Shown here one piece after another: positions 61,259-64,000 of a stretch of 64,000 nt of DNA. Made by a program: the position numbers and the translations under genes. How positions within the stretch are numbered: position 1 is the first letter of the stretch; each line of letters starts with the position of its first letter. The stretch comes from an uncultured Verrucomicrobiae bacterium (lineage in GTDB: Bacteria > Verrucomicrobiota > Verrucomicrobiia > Limisphaerales > Palsa-1400), in the NCBI GenBank assembly GCA_963702845.1, contig OY969763.1, positions 5,184,001-5,248,000 of the forward strand, written 5' to 3'. A model generated the notes under the pieces. It was not told the origin of the DNA and made no database searches. It saw nothing but the letters and a program-made list of their open reading frames with translations.

Positions 61259-61837
61259 ATGCTGACTCAATTATCCACTGTAAAAACCCGCCTCAACGTC
61301 ACCGACACAAGCTTCGACGGCCCCCTGGCCAACGCCATCGCTGGTTTCAGCGAACGGTTTGAGCGCGAGTGCAATCGCAAATTCGCCCGCCAGGTCAATG
61401 CCATCGAAGAATTCTCCGCCGACCAAATCGAGATCTGTCCCGTCTCGTGGCCGATCGAATCGGTCGGGTCGTTCGATTTGAAAACGAAGGAAAGCGACGG
61501 ATGGCAACCGGTCACGCCGACGCCGGATTATTTGATTCGGAGCAATTGCGTGATTTCGCTGGAGACCGCCACCGGCTCGCGCTTCCAACAGGCGCGCGTC
61601 ACTTACACTGGCGGTTACGTGCTTCCGGGAACGACGCCGGGCACGGGGCAAACGCCGTTGCCGAGTGACCTCGAGCAGGCGTGCGTCGAACAAGTCGTTT
61701 ACTGGTATCAAAACCGCACGACCCTGGGCTTTCTCACTGCAACCGTCGGTCCCGGCACGCATCTCGTTCAAGGCGATTTGCTGCCGGGCGTCGCCGCTGT
61801 CCTCCAGAAATACACCCGCATCAGTTTTGACCAATAA
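61259..61837 (+). CDS. Phage head-tail adaptor (gp6-like; phiE125 gp8 / RcGTA adaptor type)
   Basis: LSTVKTRL...D......I......E..CNR, WPIESV, VTYTGGY, PSDLEQAC...V.YWYQNR, L.KY. Confidence 0.8.
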   Translation: MLTQLSTVKTRLNVTDTSFDGPLANAIAGFSERFERECNRKFARQVNAIEEFSADQIEICPVSWPIESVGSFDLKTKESDGWQPVTPTPDYLIRSNCVISLETATGSRFQQARVTYTGGYVLPGTTPGTGQTPLPSDLEQACVEQVVYWYQNRTTLGFLTATVGPGTHLVQGDLLPGVAAVLQKYTRISFDQ

Positions 61838-61845
61838 ACCAAATC

Positions 61846-61922
61846 GTAGCAGCCGAGGTTACGAGGCTCTGACGTCTGAGCGAATCGACGCGGAAGTTAG
61901 AGCCTCCTCACATCGGCGCTAC
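61846..61922. repeat. GTAG-type REP inverted repeat (same family as 55879)
   Basis: GTAGCAGCCGAGGTTACGAGGCTCT ... AGAGCCTCCTCACATCGGCGCTAC. Confidence 0.75.
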
Positions 61923-61948
61923 AACAACACAAAGAAAGAAAAAATATT

Positions 61949-63751
61949 ATGAAAATTGAAATTCCCTCACTCACAAAATGGTTGGGCAAAAAGTCCCAAA
62001 CGAAAAAGCGCACCGGCGGCTGGACCATCGAAGAATGGCGGCGCGGGGATGACCTCGATCATCCACAAACACGATTCGTCATGCCTTACGCTCAATCGGC
62101 GTGGGTTTACGTGGCGGTGAGCGTGCTCGCGGAAACCGTCGCGCACATTCCGTTTCGCTTTTCGCGCGGACGGCCCAAAGGCGAGGAACTGGTCGAAACC
62201 GGCCCACTGGTGGAACTGTTTCGTCAACCCGCCAGCGGCATCACCCGCACGTTATTTTGGCAAACGCTGGTTTCCTGGGAAGCGTTGCGCGGCGAGTTTT
62301 TCATCGTGCCGCTGGATACTGCTGGCCGCGTGTTGCGTCCGGGTCGCGGCATGTTGCCGAAGCAATTGATGACGCTCAACCCCGATCACATGCAAGAAAT
62401 CGTGCGCAAGAACGAATTGGTCGGCTGGCGTTGCACCGCGCCGGAAGGCTCGTCGCCGATGGGCGCGCTATTGCTCTTGCCGGAAGAGGTCATTCATTCG
62501 CGCAGTTTCAATCCGTATCTCTATTGGCGTGGCATGTCGCCGTTGTCGGTGGCGATGATGGCGGCGGAATCCGATTTCGCAGCGGCTCAGTTCATGAAGG
62601 CGGTGATGGAAAACAACGGTGAGTCCGGCTTGATTGTCACGAGCAGCACCGACCTGCGCGACGATCAAAAGGCGCAAATCCTCGCGCAACTGAGCGCTCG
62701 CCGACGCAACAACACCGCATTGAACAAACCGCTCTTGCTCAACGGCAATTTCACCGTGCAAAAGCCGATGTTGTCCAGCGCCGACATGCAGTTCCTGGAC
62801 AATCGCCGCATGAACCGCGAGGAGATCGGCGCGATCTACAAAGTGCCGGAATCGATGATGGGTTTTGGCGATGAAAAGAGCGGCTTGAGCGCAGGCACGG
62901 CCATGCAGCAGGACCGCTTGAACTTCATCGAGAACACGATCACCGGTTTGCGCCGCCGATTGGAATCGGCACTGGAACCGATCATCCAAAGTTTCGACCC
63001 CGAGTTGCACGGATGGTTCGACATCGAGTCGTTGCCCATCATGCAAACGGCGCGTCGCGATCGTTTGGTCAGTGCTGAGAAGGCGTTCGGGATGGGCGTT
63101 CCCTTCAACGAAATCAACGAATTGTTCGGTCTCGGTTTTCGGCCGATGCCGTGGGGCGGCAAAGGTTTCGTGAATACGAACCTCGTTGAACTCGGTGATC
63201 TCCCCGGAGTGCGGAGTGCGAGGCCGGCGTCCGGCTCCACGTCCGCAGCAAGGTCGTCTGCAACCAGCGCTCCCGGATTATTGAAGAACCCAGAACTCGC
63301 TGTGGGCCGCATGCTCCAACTCGTGGATCAAACAACTCCGAAGGAGTTGCAGCCTTCAGCCCAGGGTTGTCTCGCGCCAAGCGAGACTACCCTGGGTAAC
63401 AAACCCAAAATGTTCGACAACCCTGAAAGGGTTGCGGCAACGAAAGCCCAACAACCAAAGCTTCGCCGGTTCCTCTTCGAACAACGCAATCGGGCGTTGG
63501 CGCAACTGGAACAGGAATTCGGTTTCCTGCACGTGCGCTTTCAACACGGTGAAGAGATTGATCCATTGCTCAACATCGAACGCGAAAACGAATTCCTCTT
63601 CGAACGCCTCGGCCTGGCCGATGGACTTCTCGTCGAAGCAAACGAAAAGCGTTTGTGTGAACTCAACGACGTCGTCCGCAAAGGCCTTGAGGCCGATGAA
63701 GACTTCGCCGAAGTGGCCAACCGCGTGAAACGGATTTTCACCAACAACTAA
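61949..63751 (+). CDS. HK97-type phage portal protein with C-terminal extension
   Basis: WVYVAVSVLAETVA.IP, LRGEFF, EEVIHSR..NP....RGMSPL, DMQFLDNR....EEIGAIYKVP, NEINE.FGL.P..WG. Confidence 0.9.
   Translation: MKIEIPSLTKWLGKKSQTKKRTGGWTIEEWRRGDDLDHPQTRFVMPYAQSAWVYVAVSVLAETVAHIPFRFSRGRPKGEELVETGPLVELFRQPASGITRTLFWQTLVSWEALRGEFFIVPLDTAGRVLRPGRGMLPKQLMTLNPDHMQEIVRKNELVGWRCTAPEGSSPMGALLLLPEEVIHSRSFNPYLYWRGMSPLSVAMMAAESDFAAAQFMKAVMENNGESGLIVTSSTDLRDDQKAQILAQLSARRRNNTALNKPLLLNGNFTVQKPMLSSADMQFLDNRRMNREEIGAIYKVPESMMGFGDEKSGLSAGTAMQQDRLNFIENTITGLRRRLESALEPIIQSFDPELHGWFDIESLPIMQTARRDRLVSAEKAFGMGVPFNEINELFGLGFRPMPWGGKGFVNTNLVELGDLPGVRSARPASGSTSAARSSATSAPGLLKNPELAVGRMLQLVDQTTPKELQPSAQGCLAPSETTLGNKPKMFDNPERVAATKAQQPKLRRFLFEQRNRALAQLEQEFGFLHVRFQHGEEIDPLLNIERENEFLFERLGLADGLLVEANEKRLCELNDVVRKGLEADEDFAEVANRVKRIFTNN
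63333..63435. repeat. Palindromic repeat embedded in frame in the portal ORF
   Basis: CAACTCCGAAGGAGTTG; CCCAGGGT-TGTCTCGC..GCGAGAC-TACCCTGGG; CAACCCTGAAAGGGTTG. Confidence 0.7.
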
Positions 63752-63802
63752 CCACGAGGCACGAGACCACGCCTCGCAACAAAAGAAAGAACAAACGAAA
63801 GT

Positions 63803-64000
63803 ATGAACAATAAAAGAGAAACATTCATCGGGCGGGCCAAGATTGTGCCCGCGTGCAGCGATCATTTTTTGCTGCCGTATCAATACAAATGGGCCACCGA
63901 CTACGCGCGCTTAAAGCTCGCCGTCAAGGCACGCCAAATCGGCTGGACCTGGACGGAAGCGTATTCGCTCGTGCGCCGCAAAGCGCAGAACGGCGCAACC
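63803..64000 (+). CDS. Terminase large subunit, Mu gp28-like, N-terminal part (3'-truncated; absent from the ORF track)
   Basis: Manual translation MNNKRETFIGRAKIVPACSDHFLLPYQYKWATDYARLKLAVKARQIGWTWTEAY...: adenine-binding LLPYQ and Walker A KARQIGWT. Confidence 0.8.
   Translation, partial: MNNKRETFIGRAKIVPACSDHFLLPYQYKWATDYARLKLAVKARQIGWTWTEAYSLVRRKAQNGAT

Overview
Bacterial chromosomal window, probably Verrucomicrobiota (Pedosphaerales-like). That taxonomy is inferred from the PEP-CTERM protein, the Ig/RCC1 surface proteins and the repeat families. Several single-base frameshifts look like read or assembly errors. The first ~38 kb is mostly housekeeping and accessory genes: infB-rbfA-nrnA, a glycosylation cluster, an acyl-CoA ligase, tadA, TetR-EmrAB, a sugar catabolism operon, two giant tandem Ig/RCC1 proteins, ClC, a candidate sigma54 sRNA and an NtrC-type regulator. 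The most striking part is 39-64 kb, where intact phage-derived genes are split into separate blocks among ordinary cellular genes (RND pump, rmuC, ridA, two-component genes). The blocks are an XRE repressor with a divergent Xis-like wHTH gene; a DnaB-N/AAA_25 helicase with an origin-like repeat array; HK97-type prohead protease plus major capsid; and head-tail adaptor plus portal plus a Mu-type large terminase cut by the window end. The helicase block and both head blocks are each preceded by a copy of the same gap-free 98-bp non-coding element (TGCCA ... GTGCTGTTTC, three 9-bp TTTCCCTNN repeats, then TTGACG). Host-type palindromic repeats lie between the head genes and even inside one. This pattern suggests a domesticated, co-regulated, gene-transfer-agent-like system rather than an ordinary prophage (inference). 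No integrase or tail genes are visible in the window.
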